In this document: in pieces, positions 13,232 through 23,460 of the stretch
Layout of the letters: each line of letters starts with the position of its first letter
How positions within the stretch are numbered: position 1 is the stretch's first letter
Assembly: GCA_965279525.1 (NCBI GenBank)
Contig: CBDIIB010000002.1
Coordinates: 192,001-256,000, forward strand
Origin: Tagaea sp.
Lineage (GTDB): Bacteria; Pseudomonadota; Alphaproteobacteria; CACIAM-22H2
DNA: 64,000 nucleotides
Direction of reading: 5' to 3'
Made by a program: the position numbers and the translations under genes
The notes under the pieces: generated by a model
The model's input: the letters and a program-made list of their open reading frames with translations, nothing else
What the model was told of the DNA's origin: nothing
Database searches by the model: none

Positions 13232-13683
13232 GGTGGATCACCCGCGAACGCCCGAAGATCGACCGCGTGGCCTGCCCCTGGCTGGTCGCACGTTTCATCG
13301 ACAAGGCGCCCGAGTTCCTGTTCGTGGCGTCGGGCAAGGTCCTGTCGGAGGCCAAGCGGCTCGACGCGATCCCCTACGACGTGCCGGGCGTGGAACTCAC
13401 CCACGACGGCCCGCTGTGCAGCTTCGACGCGTTCCTGAAGAAGTACGGCCTGACGGACCCCGCACTGGCGCACCTCGCGATCATCGTGCGCGGGGCCGAT
13501 ACCGGACGCCCGGAGCTGGCGCCGGAATCGGCCGGGCTGCTGGCGGCCTCGCTCGGCCTGTCGGCGATCCATGCCGCCGACGACCATGCGATGCTTGCGC
13601 AGGGCTTCGTGCTGTACGACGCTCTCCATGCGTGGGCGCGCAAGGCACAAGGCGAAACCCACAACTGGCCGCCCAAGGGATGA
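13228..13683 (+). CDS. Chromate resistance protein, ChrB C-terminal domain only (ChrF-like)
   Basis: MRWITRERPKIDRVACPWLVARFID...THDGPLCSFD...IVRGADT; ATGA overlaps with both neighbours. Confidence 0.88.
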   Translation: MRWITRERPKIDRVACPWLVARFIDKAPEFLFVASGKVLSEAKRLDAIPYDVPGVELTHDGPLCSFDAFLKKYGLTDPALAHLAIIVRGADTGRPELAPESAGLLAASLGLSAIHAADDHAMLAQGFVLYDALHAWARKAQGETHNWPPKG

Positions 13684-15008
13684 ACGAGATGCCCGACGCT
13701 TCCGCACCCGCCTCGTCCGGCCCCGCCGCATCGGCGCGCCCGTCGTTCGGCGAGGCGCTCGCCTACTGGTTCCGGCTCGGCTGCCTGTCCTTCGGCGGCC
13801 CGGCTGGCCAGATCGCGATGATGCAGCACGATCTCGTCGACGGGAAACGCTGGATCGCGCAGCGCGCGTTCCTGCGCGGCCTGTCCTTCGCCACGCTGCT
13901 GCCGGGGCCGGAGGCCACGCAGCTTGCCGTCTATATCGGCTGGCGGCTGCATGGCACGCTCGGCGGCGTCGTCGCGGGATCGCTGTTCGTCATTCCGGGC
14001 GTGCTGTGCATGCTTGCCCTTTCCTACATCGCGGCGGCGCACGGCGAGACCGGCTTCGTGGGCGCGATCTTCGACGGGCTCAAGCCCGTCGTCATCGCGA
14101 TCGTCATCCACGCGGTCTGGCGGATCGGCCGGAAATCGCTCCACACGTGGCAGGCGGTGGCTCTTGCCGCAGCGGCTTTCGTCGCGATCCACTTCGTCTC
14201 GATCGATTTTCCGTGGGTCGTCGCGGCGGCGGCCGTGATCGGCTGGCTGTCCGCGCGCGGGGCGGCACCCTCGCCGTTTGCCGCCGGCGGGCACGGCGCC
14301 GATGCCGACGAAGACGAGCCGTCGGCCGTCCTTCCCGCCAACCCGACGCGGCGCTTCGTGAAGCTCGGGGCGATTTTCGCGGTGCTGTGGGCCGTCCCGG
14401 TCGGCCTCGTGCTGCTGGCGATGGGCACGCGCCCGTTCTTCGACATCGCCGAGCTGTTCACCAAGGCGGCGTTCGTCACGTTCGGCGGCGCCTATGCCGT
14501 GCTGCCCTACGTCGCCGATGCGGCCGTGAATTTCTATGGCTGGCTCACGCCGGCCGACATGCTCAACGGCCTTGCCCTTGCCGAGACGACGCCGGGACCG
14601 CTGATCCTCGTGCTCCAGTTCGTCGGCTTCTTTGCCGGCTGGAACGCCGGCCTCGCGGACCCGCTCGCGGCGGCCGTGGCGGGTGCGCTGCTGGCAAGCT
14701 ACGTCACGTTCCTGCCGAGCTTCCTGTTCATCCTTGCCGGTGCCCCGTATATCGAGGGCCTGCACGAGAACAAGGGTGCGTCCGCTGCCCTTGGCGCCAT
14801 CACGGCGGCGGTCGTCGGCGTGGTGCTGAACCTCGCGGTCTTTCTCGGTCAGGCGGTGTTCGTGCCGGCACCGGGCGTCGTCGACTTCGTGGCATTGGGT
14901 GTCGCGGCGATCGCCTTCGTGGCGCTCGTGCGCTTTGGTGCGGCGATCCACTGGCTGGTGCTCGCCGGGGCCGCATTCGGTCTCGCGCGCTACGCGACGG
15001 GGCTGTGA
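13680..15008 (+). CDS. chrA: Chromate efflux transporter (long, two-domain CHR family)
   Basis: SFGGPAGQIA, LLPGPEA, TFGGAYAVL and ETTPGPLI repeated CHR motifs. Confidence 0.93.
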   Translation: MNEMPDASAPASSGPAASARPSFGEALAYWFRLGCLSFGGPAGQIAMMQHDLVDGKRWIAQRAFLRGLSFATLLPGPEATQLAVYIGWRLHGTLGGVVAGSLFVIPGVLCMLALSYIAAAHGETGFVGAIFDGLKPVVIAIVIHAVWRIGRKSLHTWQAVALAAAAFVAIHFVSIDFPWVVAAAAVIGWLSARGAAPSPFAAGGHGADADEDEPSAVLPANPTRRFVKLGAIFAVLWAVPVGLVLLAMGTRPFFDIAELFTKAAFVTFGGAYAVLPYVADAAVNFYGWLTPADMLNGLALAETTPGPLILVLQFVGFFAGWNAGLADPLAAAVAGALLASYVTFLPSFLFILAGAPYIEGLHENKGASAALGAITAAVVGVVLNLAVFLGQAVFVPAPGVVDFVALGVAAIAFVALVRFGAAIHWLVLAGAAFGLARYATGL

Positions 15009-15337
15009 CGAAACGCTTCCAGCGCCGGATCGAGGATTTCGCCTGCGGCAACTGCGGGCGGACGGTGACCGGCGACGGCTATACGAACCACTGCCCGCAT
15101 TGCCTGTGGTCGCGCCATGTCGACGTCAATCCGGGCGACCGCGCAGCCGAGTGTGGCGGCCTGATGCGGCCGCTGCGCGTGGAAACGCAAGGCGGTGCCT
15201 GGACGCTGGTGCACGAATGCGCGTCCTGCCGCACGGTTCGGCGCTGCAAGACCGCGACGGCGGACGAACGCGACGCGCTGCTCGCGCTTGCGCGCGTCGC
15301 GGCCGCGGAGGCGGCTAGCGGAAAAAGACGAACGTGA
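15005..15337 (+). CDS. RNHCP-domain zinc-ribbon protein
   Basis: GTG start overlaps the chrA stop; FACGNCG...YTNHCPHCLWSRHVD...GDRAAECGGLM...HECASC. Confidence 0.82.
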   Translation: MTKRFQRRIEDFACGNCGRTVTGDGYTNHCPHCLWSRHVDVNPGDRAAECGGLMRPLRVETQGGAWTLVHECASCRTVRRCKTATADERDALLALARVAAAEAASGKRRT

Positions 15338-16742
15338 CGAGCACGAAGCACGGGATCAGGAAAATCCCCGACCACATCATGTAGCCAAGGAACCCCGGCA
15401 TCTTGACGCCGCCGGCTTCCGCGATCGCCTTCACCATGAAGTTGGGCGCGTTGCCGATATAGGTGTTGGCCCCCATGAACACGGCACCGGCCGAGATCGC
15501 CGCCAGCGTCGAGGCCAGCGGCCCCATCAGCTCGACCGCGTCGCCGCTGGCCATGTTGAAGAACACGAGATAGGTCGGCGCGTTGTCGAGGAAGCTCGAC
15601 AGCCCGCCCGCCATCCAGAAATACATCGCGTCGTTCGGTTTGCCGTCCGGACCAGTGACCAGCGCCACCAGTCCCGCGAACGCCCCGTCGGGGCCGGCGC
15701 GCAGCATCGCGATGACGGGCACGATCGTGGCGAAAATGCCGAAGAAGAGCTTGGCGACTTCCAGGATCGGACCCCACGAGAAATCGTTGCCCTCGCGGAT
15801 TTCGGCGGGCGTCGCGGCGAACGACCAGGCGGCGAGCCCGATCAGGATCACGTCGCGCACGAGGCCTTCCAGCGGCACGTGCGTGCCGAGCACGACGAAC
15901 TCGATCCCCGGCTTCCACACGCCCGACAGCAGGACGGCACCCACGACACCGCCGAGCAGTAGCAGGTTGAACGTGCCGTCGAGGCGCACGCGGTTGTCGG
16001 GCGTGGGATCGGGCTTGGGCGGCAGGTGCGTGTCGAACCGGTAGAAATACGTGTCGAGCGCATAGAACGCGACAAGCAGGATCGCCGTCACGAGCAGCAT
16101 CGGCGCGAAAAGATGGACCGTCGGCCAGAAGAAATCGACGCCCTTGAGGAAGCCCAGGAACAGCGGCGGATCGCCCAGCGGCGTCAGGCTGCCGCCCACA
16201 TTGGCGACGAGGAAAATGAAGAAGATCACGACATGCGCGTTGTGCCGCCGATCGTCGTTGGCGCGCAGCACCGGCCGGATCATCAGCATGGCGGCACCCG
16301 TCGTGCCGGTGATGCTCGCGATGCCCGTGCCGATCGCCAGCAGGGTCGTGTTGGTCGCCGCACTGCCGTGGATGTTGCCGCGCACGAGCACGCCGCCGGC
16401 GATGGTGAACAGGGCGCCGATCAGGATCAGGAACGGGACATACTCCGCCAGCATCACATGGGCCATCGTCTCGACGACGGTGCCGAAAGGATGCGTGGCG
16501 AGAAACGGGACGACGAACGCCAGCGCCCAGCCGAGCGCGATCTTGCCGTAGTGGTAATGCCAGATGGCCGGGGCCAGCAGCGGCAATACCGCAATCGACA
16601 GCAGCACGCCGGCGAACGGGACCGCCCACCAGGCCGACAGGGCGGCACCGTCGAGGCCGTCGGCGGCATGGGCCGGAGCGGAAAATGCGAGACCGGCGAG
16701 CACGATCGCCGCAACGAGGTGCGCTTTGGGAAATTTCATCAT
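15315..16742 (-). CDS. Putative sodium:proton antiporter / ion transporter (DUF1646-like, IT superfamily), copy 1
   Basis: GTTGAAML, LTPLGDPPLFLGF, SSFLDNAPTY, YIGNAPNFMVK; many TM helices. Confidence 0.82.
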   Translation of the reverse strand: MMKFPKAHLVAAIVLAGLAFSAPAHAADGLDGAALSAWWAVPFAGVLLSIAVLPLLAPAIWHYHYGKIALGWALAFVVPFLATHPFGTVVETMAHVMLAEYVPFLILIGALFTIAGGVLVRGNIHGSAATNTTLLAIGTGIASITGTTGAAMLMIRPVLRANDDRRHNAHVVIFFIFLVANVGGSLTPLGDPPLFLGFLKGVDFFWPTVHLFAPMLLVTAILLVAFYALDTYFYRFDTHLPPKPDPTPDNRVRLDGTFNLLLLGGVVGAVLLSGVWKPGIEFVVLGTHVPLEGLVRDVILIGLAAWSFAATPAEIREGNDFSWGPILEVAKLFFGIFATIVPVIAMLRAGPDGAFAGLVALVTGPDGKPNDAMYFWMAGGLSSFLDNAPTYLVFFNMASGDAVELMGPLASTLAAISAGAVFMGANTYIGNAPNFMVKAIAEAGGVKMPGFLGYMMWSGIFLIPCFVLVTFVFFR

Positions 16743-16790
16743 GGCGCCGACATTCGCCGCCCGAAACGCGCGCGTCAAGTCGTCCGTTTT

Positions 16791-18209
16791 CTAGAAATAC
16801 AGCACCGTGAGAAGTGCCAGCGGCGGCAGCACGAACGCGCACGACCAGCCCATATAGCCGAAGAACGACGGCATGCGCACGCCCTTCTCCTCGGCGATGG
16901 CCTTGACCATGAAGTTGGGCGCGTTGCCGACATAGCTGAGCGCGCCCATGAAGACCGAGCCGCACGAGATCGCCAGCAGCGTCGTGCCAAGCGGCCCCAT
17001 CAGCGCCTGCGGATCGCCGCCCGCGAGATTGAAGAACAGCAGATAGGTCGGCGCGTTGTCGAGGAAGGCCGACAGGATTCCCGTCACCCAGAAATACGTG
17101 GCGTTCGCCGGTTGCCCGTCGATATTCAGCAGGCCGATCAGGCCGCCCAGCGCGCCGTCCTGGCCGGCACGGATGATCGCGATGGCCGGCACGATCGTCA
17201 CGAAGATCCCGACGAAGAGCTTGGCGACCTCCGCGATCGGCCCCCAGGTGAAGCCGTTGAGCGCCCGGCTCTCGTCGCGCGTGATCTTGAGCGAGACGAT
17301 TGCGAGGACCACGAGGGCGGCCGAGCGCAGCACGCTTTCGCCCGCGACCTTCGTGTGGAAGATCTCGATGTCCCAGCCCGCCTTCCAGATGCCCGACACG
17401 AGCACGGCGGCCACGATGCCGGCGAGCAGCGCGAAGTTGCCCTTGCCCTCGATGCCGAAGGGTTCGCGTTCGGCAAGGTGGCCGGCCGGCGGCGGATCCT
17501 CCTTCGCGTAATAGTAGCTGTCGAGCAGCCAGAATGCGGCGAGCAGCGGCACCGCGAGGACCAGCATCGGCACGAACATCCGCGTCGTCACCCAGAAGAA
17601 GTCCACACCTTCGAGGAAGCCGATGAACAGCGGCGGATCGCCCAGCGGCGTCAACGCGCCGCCGATATTGCCCACGAGGAAGATGAAGAACACGAACACG
17701 TGCGCGTTGTTCCGGCGCCAGGCGTTGGCGCGCAGCATCGGCTGGATCAGCAGCATGCAGGCCCCCGTGGTGCCCATGATGCTGGCGATCGCGGTGCCGC
17801 CCGCGAGCATCGCGGTGTTGACCGCAGGCGTGCCGACCATTGCACCCTTGAGGCGCACGCCGCCCGCGACGACATAGAGGGCGAGCAGCAGCACGATGAA
17901 CGGCACGTATTCGATCAGCATCGTGTGGATGAACTCGTAGAGCGCGGTCTCGATGCCGAACACCGCGGCGCACGGCACGAGGAAGGCGAGGGCGCACGCA
18001 CCGGCGTACTTGCCATAGTGGGCGTGCCAGGCGTGTGCGGCCAGCAGCGGCCCGAGCGCGATGCCCGCCAAGATCGCCACGAAGGGCAGCATCCAGACGA
18101 GGCCGAGCGAACTCCCGTCGAGAGATGGTGCGCCGGCTTCGGCGGAATGCGCGGCCCCGGCGGAAAGAAGCAGGGCGAGAGTCACGACCAGACGGCTGTA
18201 TGTTGTCAT
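16791..18209 (-). CDS. Putative sodium:proton antiporter / ion transporter (DUF1646-like), copy 2
   Basis: Paralog of the adjacent gene: LTPLGDPPLFIGF, SAFLDNAPTY, YVGNAPNFMVK. Confidence 0.82.
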   Translation of the reverse strand: MTTYSRLVVTLALLLSAGAAHSAEAGAPSLDGSSLGLVWMLPFVAILAGIALGPLLAAHAWHAHYGKYAGACALAFLVPCAAVFGIETALYEFIHTMLIEYVPFIVLLLALYVVAGGVRLKGAMVGTPAVNTAMLAGGTAIASIMGTTGACMLLIQPMLRANAWRRNNAHVFVFFIFLVGNIGGALTPLGDPPLFIGFLEGVDFFWVTTRMFVPMLVLAVPLLAAFWLLDSYYYAKEDPPPAGHLAEREPFGIEGKGNFALLAGIVAAVLVSGIWKAGWDIEIFHTKVAGESVLRSAALVVLAIVSLKITRDESRALNGFTWGPIAEVAKLFVGIFVTIVPAIAIIRAGQDGALGGLIGLLNIDGQPANATYFWVTGILSAFLDNAPTYLLFFNLAGGDPQALMGPLGTTLLAISCGSVFMGALSYVGNAPNFMVKAIAEEKGVRMPSFFGYMGWSCAFVLPPLALLTVLYF

Positions 18210-18376
18210 TGCTCGGGGGAATCTCCGGAACTGCGGTGCCCGAGTATGTCGAGTGGATATCGGAGATATCAAGAAAAAATGCGGATTCCACAGCAAGTCA
18301 TCGCAGAATGCTGGTGTTTGTATGAACTACTACAACTGTATGAAATTTCTAACGATTGCAATTTTTACGGTGACCA

Positions 18377-18392
18377 ACTTACCATGGTAAGT
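18377..18392. promoter_or_regulatory. Perfect 16-bp palindrome
   Basis: ACTTACCATGGTAAGT in the AT-rich divergent intergenic region. Confidence 0.5.
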
Positions 18393-18409
18393 GACTCGCT
18401 GGAGCCTGC

Positions 18410-18739
18410 ATGGCCGTCCGATCCACCCGACCGAAGAAGACAAGACCCGGCCGCAAGAAGAGTGCGGTCCAGGTCGATCTCCTGTCGCCGACGGACGATC
18501 TGGCCTTCTACGTCTATATCGCCGCGCGCAACCGGCGCGCGCCTCTCAAGATCGGGGCCACCGGCAATCTTGCCGCACTGGCGCCGCTGCGCCTGCTCTG
18601 GTTCGAGCGGCTCGACGACATTCCCGCGGCAATGGCACTCGCCGAACGAATCGGCCGCTGGCCGCGCGAGTGGCGGCTCAGGATGATCGCGCGCACGAAC
18701 CCCGAGTGGCGCGATCTCGTGGCCGACATGAAGGTCTAG
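18410..18739 (+). CDS. Degenerate small GIY-YIG family protein
   Basis: FYVYI...LKIGATGNL...LLWFE...[20 protein letters not shown] resembles stand-alone GIY-YIG proteins. Confidence 0.65.
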   Translation: MAVRSTRPKKTRPGRKKSAVQVDLLSPTDDLAFYVYIAARNRRAPLKIGATGNLAALAPLRLLWFERLDDIPAAMALAERIGRWPREWRLRMIARTNPEWRDLVADMKV

Positions 18740-20706
18740 GCGGCGAGATCGGCCTTTCCGGTCGCGACGATCGTTTTGACGAGGCGATGGATCGTGTCGT
18801 TCTGGCTGAGCGAGATGCCGACGAAGCCGCGCTCGCGCCGGGCAAGGCGACCGGTAAGCGTCTCGGTCTGGCCGGACACGGACACGCGCAGCGGGGCACC
18901 GGGAAGCGCGTCGATCTCGCCGGCGAACCGGCAGCCGGCACCCGAGATGTCGACAAGCCGGCCCTCGTAGGACCTGCCGCCGACCTCGATGCGCGCCGCG
19001 ACGTCGCAGGCATGGCGCTCGAACGTGCGCCGCTCGCCGGCGGTGCGCATCGACTCGACGAACGCCTCGACCTCGCCGCGCAGTTCGTTGGTCTGCCGGG
19101 CGAGATCGCCGGACGCCTCGAGTACCTCGTTGGCGGCCGAGCCGGTCTCGACGGCGGCCTGCGTCACCTGTGCGATGGCTTGCGTCACGGTCTTCGTCGA
19201 GTTGCTGGCGTCCTGGACGTTGCGCACGATCTCCTGCGTGGCCGCCCCCTGCTGCTCGACGGCGGCCGCGATGGACGACGAGATCTGGCTCACGCGCGCG
19301 ATGATCTCCGAGACCTTGCCGAGAGAACCCGTGGCCTCGCCGGTCGCACCCTGGACCGCCTTGATCTTGGCGGCGATCTCTTCGGTCGCCCGACTGGTCT
19401 GGTTGGCGAGGCTCTTGACCTCGCTTGCCACCACCGCGAAGCCCTTGCCGGCATCGCCCGCGCGCGCCGCCTCGATCGTGGCGTTGAGGGCGAGCAGGTT
19501 GGTCTGCCCGGCGATGTCGTTGATGAGCTTGACCACGTCGCCGATCTGGTTCGCCGCTTCGACCAGGCTCGCCACGATCTTGTCGGTGCGGCCGGTTTCC
19601 TCGACGGCGTCGCTGGCGATGCGGGTCGCCTGTTCGACCTGCTGGCCGATCTCGCGCACGGTCGCGAGCATCTCTTCGGTGGCGCCGGCCACCGTCGAAA
19701 GGTTCGCCGAGCTCTGCGTGGCCGACTGCGTGACCTGCTCGGCCTGCTTGCGCGTCGTCTCGGCGGTGTCGGTCATCGTCTTCGAGGTCGCCTGCATCTC
19801 CTCGGCGGCGGCCGACAGGGTCTGCAGCACGCCGGAAACGGCGGCGTTGAACTCGCCCGTCAGGTCCTCGACCGTCTGGGTACGACGTTCCTTGTTCGCG
19901 CGTTCGGCGGCGGCGGCGGCCTCGAGGCGGCGCTGTTCGCGCCCGGTCTCGAGGAAGATCGCAAGGGCCGCGGCGAGCAGGCCGATCTCGTCCTTGCGCG
20001 CCGTGTCGGGCACCGTCACGTCAAGATTGCCCTTTGCGACCTCGTCCACGAGGCCGACCATCTTGCCCAGCGGGCCCGAAACCGAGCGCGCCAGCGCATA
20101 GCTGACCGCGAAGATGATGCCGCCGAGCACCAGCACGATCGCGCCGAACTCGAGGGCGTTGCGCAGCAGCGCCGCATTCACGTCGTCGATATAGACGCCC
20201 GAGCCGAGGATCCAGCCCCACGGCTCGAAGCCGCGCACGAACGAGATCTTCTCGACCGGCTTGTCGTGGCCGGGCTTGGGCCACAGATAGGGCACGAAGC
20301 CCGAGCCGCTCTTGCGGACAGTCTCGACGAAGTTGCGGAACAGGAAATTGCCGTTGGGGTCCTTCACCTCGCCGACGTTCTTGCCTTCGAGGTCGGGGCG
20401 GAACGGATGCATGATGACGTTGGGTGCCGCATCCTGGACCCAGACATAGTCGTCGTCGCCATAGCGGATCGCCTTGATCGCCGCGAGGGCGGTAGCCTTC
20501 GCCGCGTCGACGCCAATCGTGCCGGCGCGCGCGTCGGCCTCGTATTTGGCCGCGATCTTGGTCGCCGCGTCGACGATGGCGGCACTGCGCCGCCCGGCAT
20601 CGTCGCGCATCTGGCCCTGGCTCATCAGCAGCGCCACGACGGCAAGAAGCGCCAGTCCGACCACCGAGATGGCCGGAATGATCGAAAGCTTTGTCGAGAT
20701 TTTCAT
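18736..20706 (-). CDS. Methyl-accepting chemotaxis protein (single Cache, HAMP, MA signalling domain, C-terminal PilZ)
   Basis: [10 protein letters not shown]...MHP...YLWPKPG Cache domain; [31 protein letters not shown]; C-terminal ERRTFER and DISGAG. Confidence 0.93.
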   Translation of the reverse strand: MKISTKLSIIPAISVVGLALLAVVALLMSQGQMRDDAGRRSAAIVDAATKIAAKYEADARAGTIGVDAAKATALAAIKAIRYGDDDYVWVQDAAPNVIMHPFRPDLEGKNVGEVKDPNGNFLFRNFVETVRKSGSGFVPYLWPKPGHDKPVEKISFVRGFEPWGWILGSGVYIDDVNAALLRNALEFGAIVLVLGGIIFAVSYALARSVSGPLGKMVGLVDEVAKGNLDVTVPDTARKDEIGLLAAALAIFLETGREQRRLEAAAAAERANKERRTQTVEDLTGEFNAAVSGVLQTLSAAAEEMQATSKTMTDTAETTRKQAEQVTQSATQSSANLSTVAGATEEMLATVREIGQQVEQATRIASDAVEETGRTDKIVASLVEAANQIGDVVKLINDIAGQTNLLALNATIEAARAGDAGKGFAVVASEVKSLANQTSRATEEIAAKIKAVQGATGEATGSLGKVSEIIARVSQISSSIAAAVEQQGAATQEIVRNVQDASNSTKTVTQAIAQVTQAAVETGSAANEVLEASGDLARQTNELRGEVEAFVESMRTAGERRTFERHACDVAARIEVGGRSYEGRLVDISGAGCRFAGEIDALPGAPLRVSVSGQTETLTGRLARRERGFVGISLSQNDTIHRLVKTIVATGKADLAA

Positions 20707-20805
20707 GTCGTCCCCCGGATGTCTTGGGCGGGAGACTAATCGAATACACATTAAATGTTGATGAATCTGGGCCGCCGCCGGCGCGGCATCCCGCCGCAGG
20801 CCGGT

Positions 20806-21588
20806 TCAGGCCAACTCGTTGGTAGGCAATATGAATATGCCGCCTTCCGGCAACTGCAGGTGTCGCATCGCGACGCCGAATGCGCGGTAAAGCAGGTCTG
20901 CGGCGAGCGCCTGCTCGGGCAGGCCGTCGGCGAGCACCCGCCCGGCGGCCATCAGCACCACGCGGTCGCAGAACCGGGCCGCGAGATTGAGGTCGTGCAG
21001 CACGGCGACGACTGCATGGCCCGCACCGGCCAAGGCCCGCGCGCGGTGCAGGATCGACTGCTGGTGCGCGATGTCGAGGCTGGCGGTCGGCTCGTCGAGC
21101 AGCAGGGCGCGCGGGCCGGTGGGGCCGTCGCGCGCGTCGAGCTGGGCGAGTGCGCGGGCGAACTGCACGCGCTGCTGCTCGCCGCCCGACAAGGTCGAGT
21201 AACTGCGCTGTGCCAGAAGTTCGCCGCCGCAGGCACCCAGCGCATCGCTGGCCACACGCCGCGGATCGGTGCCGCCGGGATGTGCGAGCCGGCCCAGCGC
21301 CGCGACATCCAGTGCCGGAAGCTCGAAGGCCAGTGCGGCATGCTGCGGCAGCACGGCCCGCCGACGGGCGAGATCGCGCGGGTCCATCCGCGCGAGGTCG
21401 ATGCCGTCGAACGTAACCGTGCCGCTGTCGGGCGCCATCTCGCCGGCCAGCACGCGCACGAGGGTCGATTTGCCCGCACCGTTGGCCCCGACGATGCCGA
21501 CGAGTGCGCCCGTCGCGGCCGTGAAATCCACGCGGTCGAGCAAGCGGCGATTGCCGCGCGCCACCACGATGCCGCTTGCCGCGATCAT
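20806..21588 (-). CDS. hmuV: Heme ABC transporter ATP-binding protein
   Basis: GANGAGKST, LSGGEQQRVQFARALAQL, LLLDEPTASLD, LHDLNLAA. Confidence 0.9.
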   Translation of the reverse strand: MIAASGIVVARGNRRLLDRVDFTAATGALVGIVGANGAGKSTLVRVLAGEMAPDSGTVTFDGIDLARMDPRDLARRRAVLPQHAALAFELPALDVAALGRLAHPGGTDPRRVASDALGACGGELLAQRSYSTLSGGEQQRVQFARALAQLDARDGPTGPRALLLDEPTASLDIAHQQSILHRARALAGAGHAVVAVLHDLNLAARFCDRVVLMAAGRVLADGLPEQALAADLLYRAFGVAMRHLQLPEGGIFILPTNELA

Positions 21589-22589
21589 GCCGCCAGCCGC
21601 CGGCGTTCGCGCCAGATCATGGCGGCGAAGAAGGGAGCGCCGATCGCCGCGGTGACGAGGCCGACCGGCATCTCGGCCGGTGCGAGTGCCACGCGCGCCA
21701 GCGTGTCGGCCGCGATCAGAAGTGCTGCCCCGCCGGCCGCCGACAGTGGCAGCACGAAGCGGTGCAGCGGGCCCGCGACCAGGCGCACCAGATGCGGCAC
21801 GACGAGGCCGACGAAGCCGATGGGCCCGGCGACCGACACGGCCGCTCCCACGCTTGCCGCGACGCCGACCACGGCCAGCCGCTTCATCCGTTCGACGCCG
21901 ATGCCCAGATGTCCGGCCTCGCGTTCGCCGAGGATCAGCGCGTCGAGCCCGCGTGCCAGCAGCGGCGACAGGCACAGCACGGCCAGGGCGGCCGGGGCAA
22001 CGAGGGCAAGCCGCTCCCACGTGGCGCCGCCGAGGCTGCCGAGGATCCAGAACGTGATGTCGCGCAGCTGCCGGTCGTCGCTCGAATAGATGATGATGCC
22101 CGTGGCCGCACCCGCCAGCGCGTTGGCGGCGATGCCGGCAAGGATGAGTGTCGCGACCGGCGTGCGACCGCCGGTGGACGCGAGCCGCTCCACCCCGAAC
22201 GCCGCGACGAGCGCGCACACGAACGCGGCGAGTGGCAGCATGGCGCCGCCCGCATGCCCGAGGAAGATCGCGAGGGCCGCCCCGAACGCGGCCCCGTTGG
22301 AAACGCCCAGCACGCCCGGATCGGCGAGCGGGTTGCGGAACAGCCCCTGCATGATCGCACCGGCAAGGCCGAGGACCGCGCCCACGGTCCCGGCAAGCAG
22401 CACGCGCGGCAGGCGCAGCACCGCGACGACGGCGACGGCCTGCGCGTCGACATCCCGCCAGCCGAGAACCCAGCCCGCGAGTGCGCGCGCGACTTCGCCC
22501 GGCGGCAGGTAGAGCGGCCCCGTTCCCAGTGCGAACGTGGCGATGCTGCCCAGTGCCAGGATCGCGAGGAGATTGATCCGCCAGCTCAC
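21585..22589 (-). CDS. hmuU: Heme ABC transporter permease (FecCD family)
   Basis: LRLPR, QGLFRNPLADPG, IGFVGLVVPH; GTG start overlaps the hmuT stop. Confidence 0.9.
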   Translation of the reverse strand: MSWRINLLAILALGSIATFALGTGPLYLPPGEVARALAGWVLGWRDVDAQAVAVVAVLRLPRVLLAGTVGAVLGLAGAIMQGLFRNPLADPGVLGVSNGAAFGAALAIFLGHAGGAMLPLAAFVCALVAAFGVERLASTGGRTPVATLILAGIAANALAGAATGIIIYSSDDRQLRDITFWILGSLGGATWERLALVAPAALAVLCLSPLLARGLDALILGEREAGHLGIGVERMKRLAVVGVAASVGAAVSVAGPIGFVGLVVPHLVRLVAGPLHRFVLPLSAAGGAALLIAADTLARVALAPAEMPVGLVTAAIGAPFFAAMIWRERRRLAA

Positions 22590-23458
22590 GGCCGGTCGGC
22601 GAGCCAGGCGCGTGGCGGCAGCGGGGCGAGGTCGGCCTGCGGATGAAGTGCACGCGCCAGCGCATGTGCCGCATGCGCGGTGCGCGGGCCGAAGCCCAGC
22701 AGATAGACCGCATCGAGCGTGACCACTTGCGTGCCGCGAAGCGTTGCGAACTGCGCCAGTGCCTGGAACGCGGCAAGGCCGCCCAATGCCGCGATCGTCT
22801 GGTCGGTCGCCAGGATCGCGTCGGGGCGGGCGGCCAATAGGGCTTCGGGCGACAGCGGCTTGTAGCCGCGATAGGCATCGACCGCGTTGGTGGCGCCGGC
22901 AAGTTCGATGATGCTCGCCGCCGCCGTCTCGCGGCCTGCGGCCATCGGCGCACCGCCGCCTGCCGACAGCACGAACAGCACGCGCTTGCGCTTGAGGCCC
23001 GCCACGTCGCGCGCGAGGCTTGCGAAATCCGCTTCGACAGCACCGGCCAGTGCCGCCGCCTGTGTTTCCAGCTCCAGCGCCTTGCCGATCGCGAGGATGC
23101 GTGCGCCGACCGACGCGGCATCGTAGCCGTCCCCCGCGCGCACGACCCGCACGCCGGCTGCCGTCAGCTGCGCCATCGTCGCCGGCGGGCCGGCTTCTTC
23201 GGCCGCGAGCAGCACGTCCGGCCGCACCGAGGCGATCCCTTCGGCACCAAGTGCCCGCAAGTATCCCAGTTGCGGCAGGCGGCGCGCGGCGGCGGGGAAC
23301 TGGCTGGTCGTGTCGACCGCGACAAGCCGGTCCGCCGCCCCCAGCGCGTAGACGATCTCGGTGAGACCGCTGCCCGCGACGGCCACGCGCCGGGGCGGTT
23401 CGGCCGCGACGGGGGCAGCGGCAAGGGCGCACGCGACGAGGGCGAGGACCGCGCGCAT
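22586..23458 (-). CDS. hmuT: Heme ABC transporter periplasmic binding protein
   Basis: Signal peptide; TEIVYALGA, VDTTS, GYLRALGAEG (heme Tyr), LLGFGPR. Confidence 0.88.
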   Translation of the reverse strand: MRAVLALVACALAAAPVAAEPPRRVAVAGSGLTEIVYALGAADRLVAVDTTSQFPAAARRLPQLGYLRALGAEGIASVRPDVLLAAEEAGPPATMAQLTAAGVRVVRAGDGYDAASVGARILAIGKALELETQAAALAGAVEADFASLARDVAGLKRKRVLFVLSAGGGAPMAAGRETAAASIIELAGATNAVDAYRGYKPLSPEALLAARPDAILATDQTIAALGGLAAFQALAQFATLRGTQVVTLDAVYLLGFGPRTAHAAHALARALHPQADLAPLPPRAWLADRP

Positions 23459-23460
23459 CG

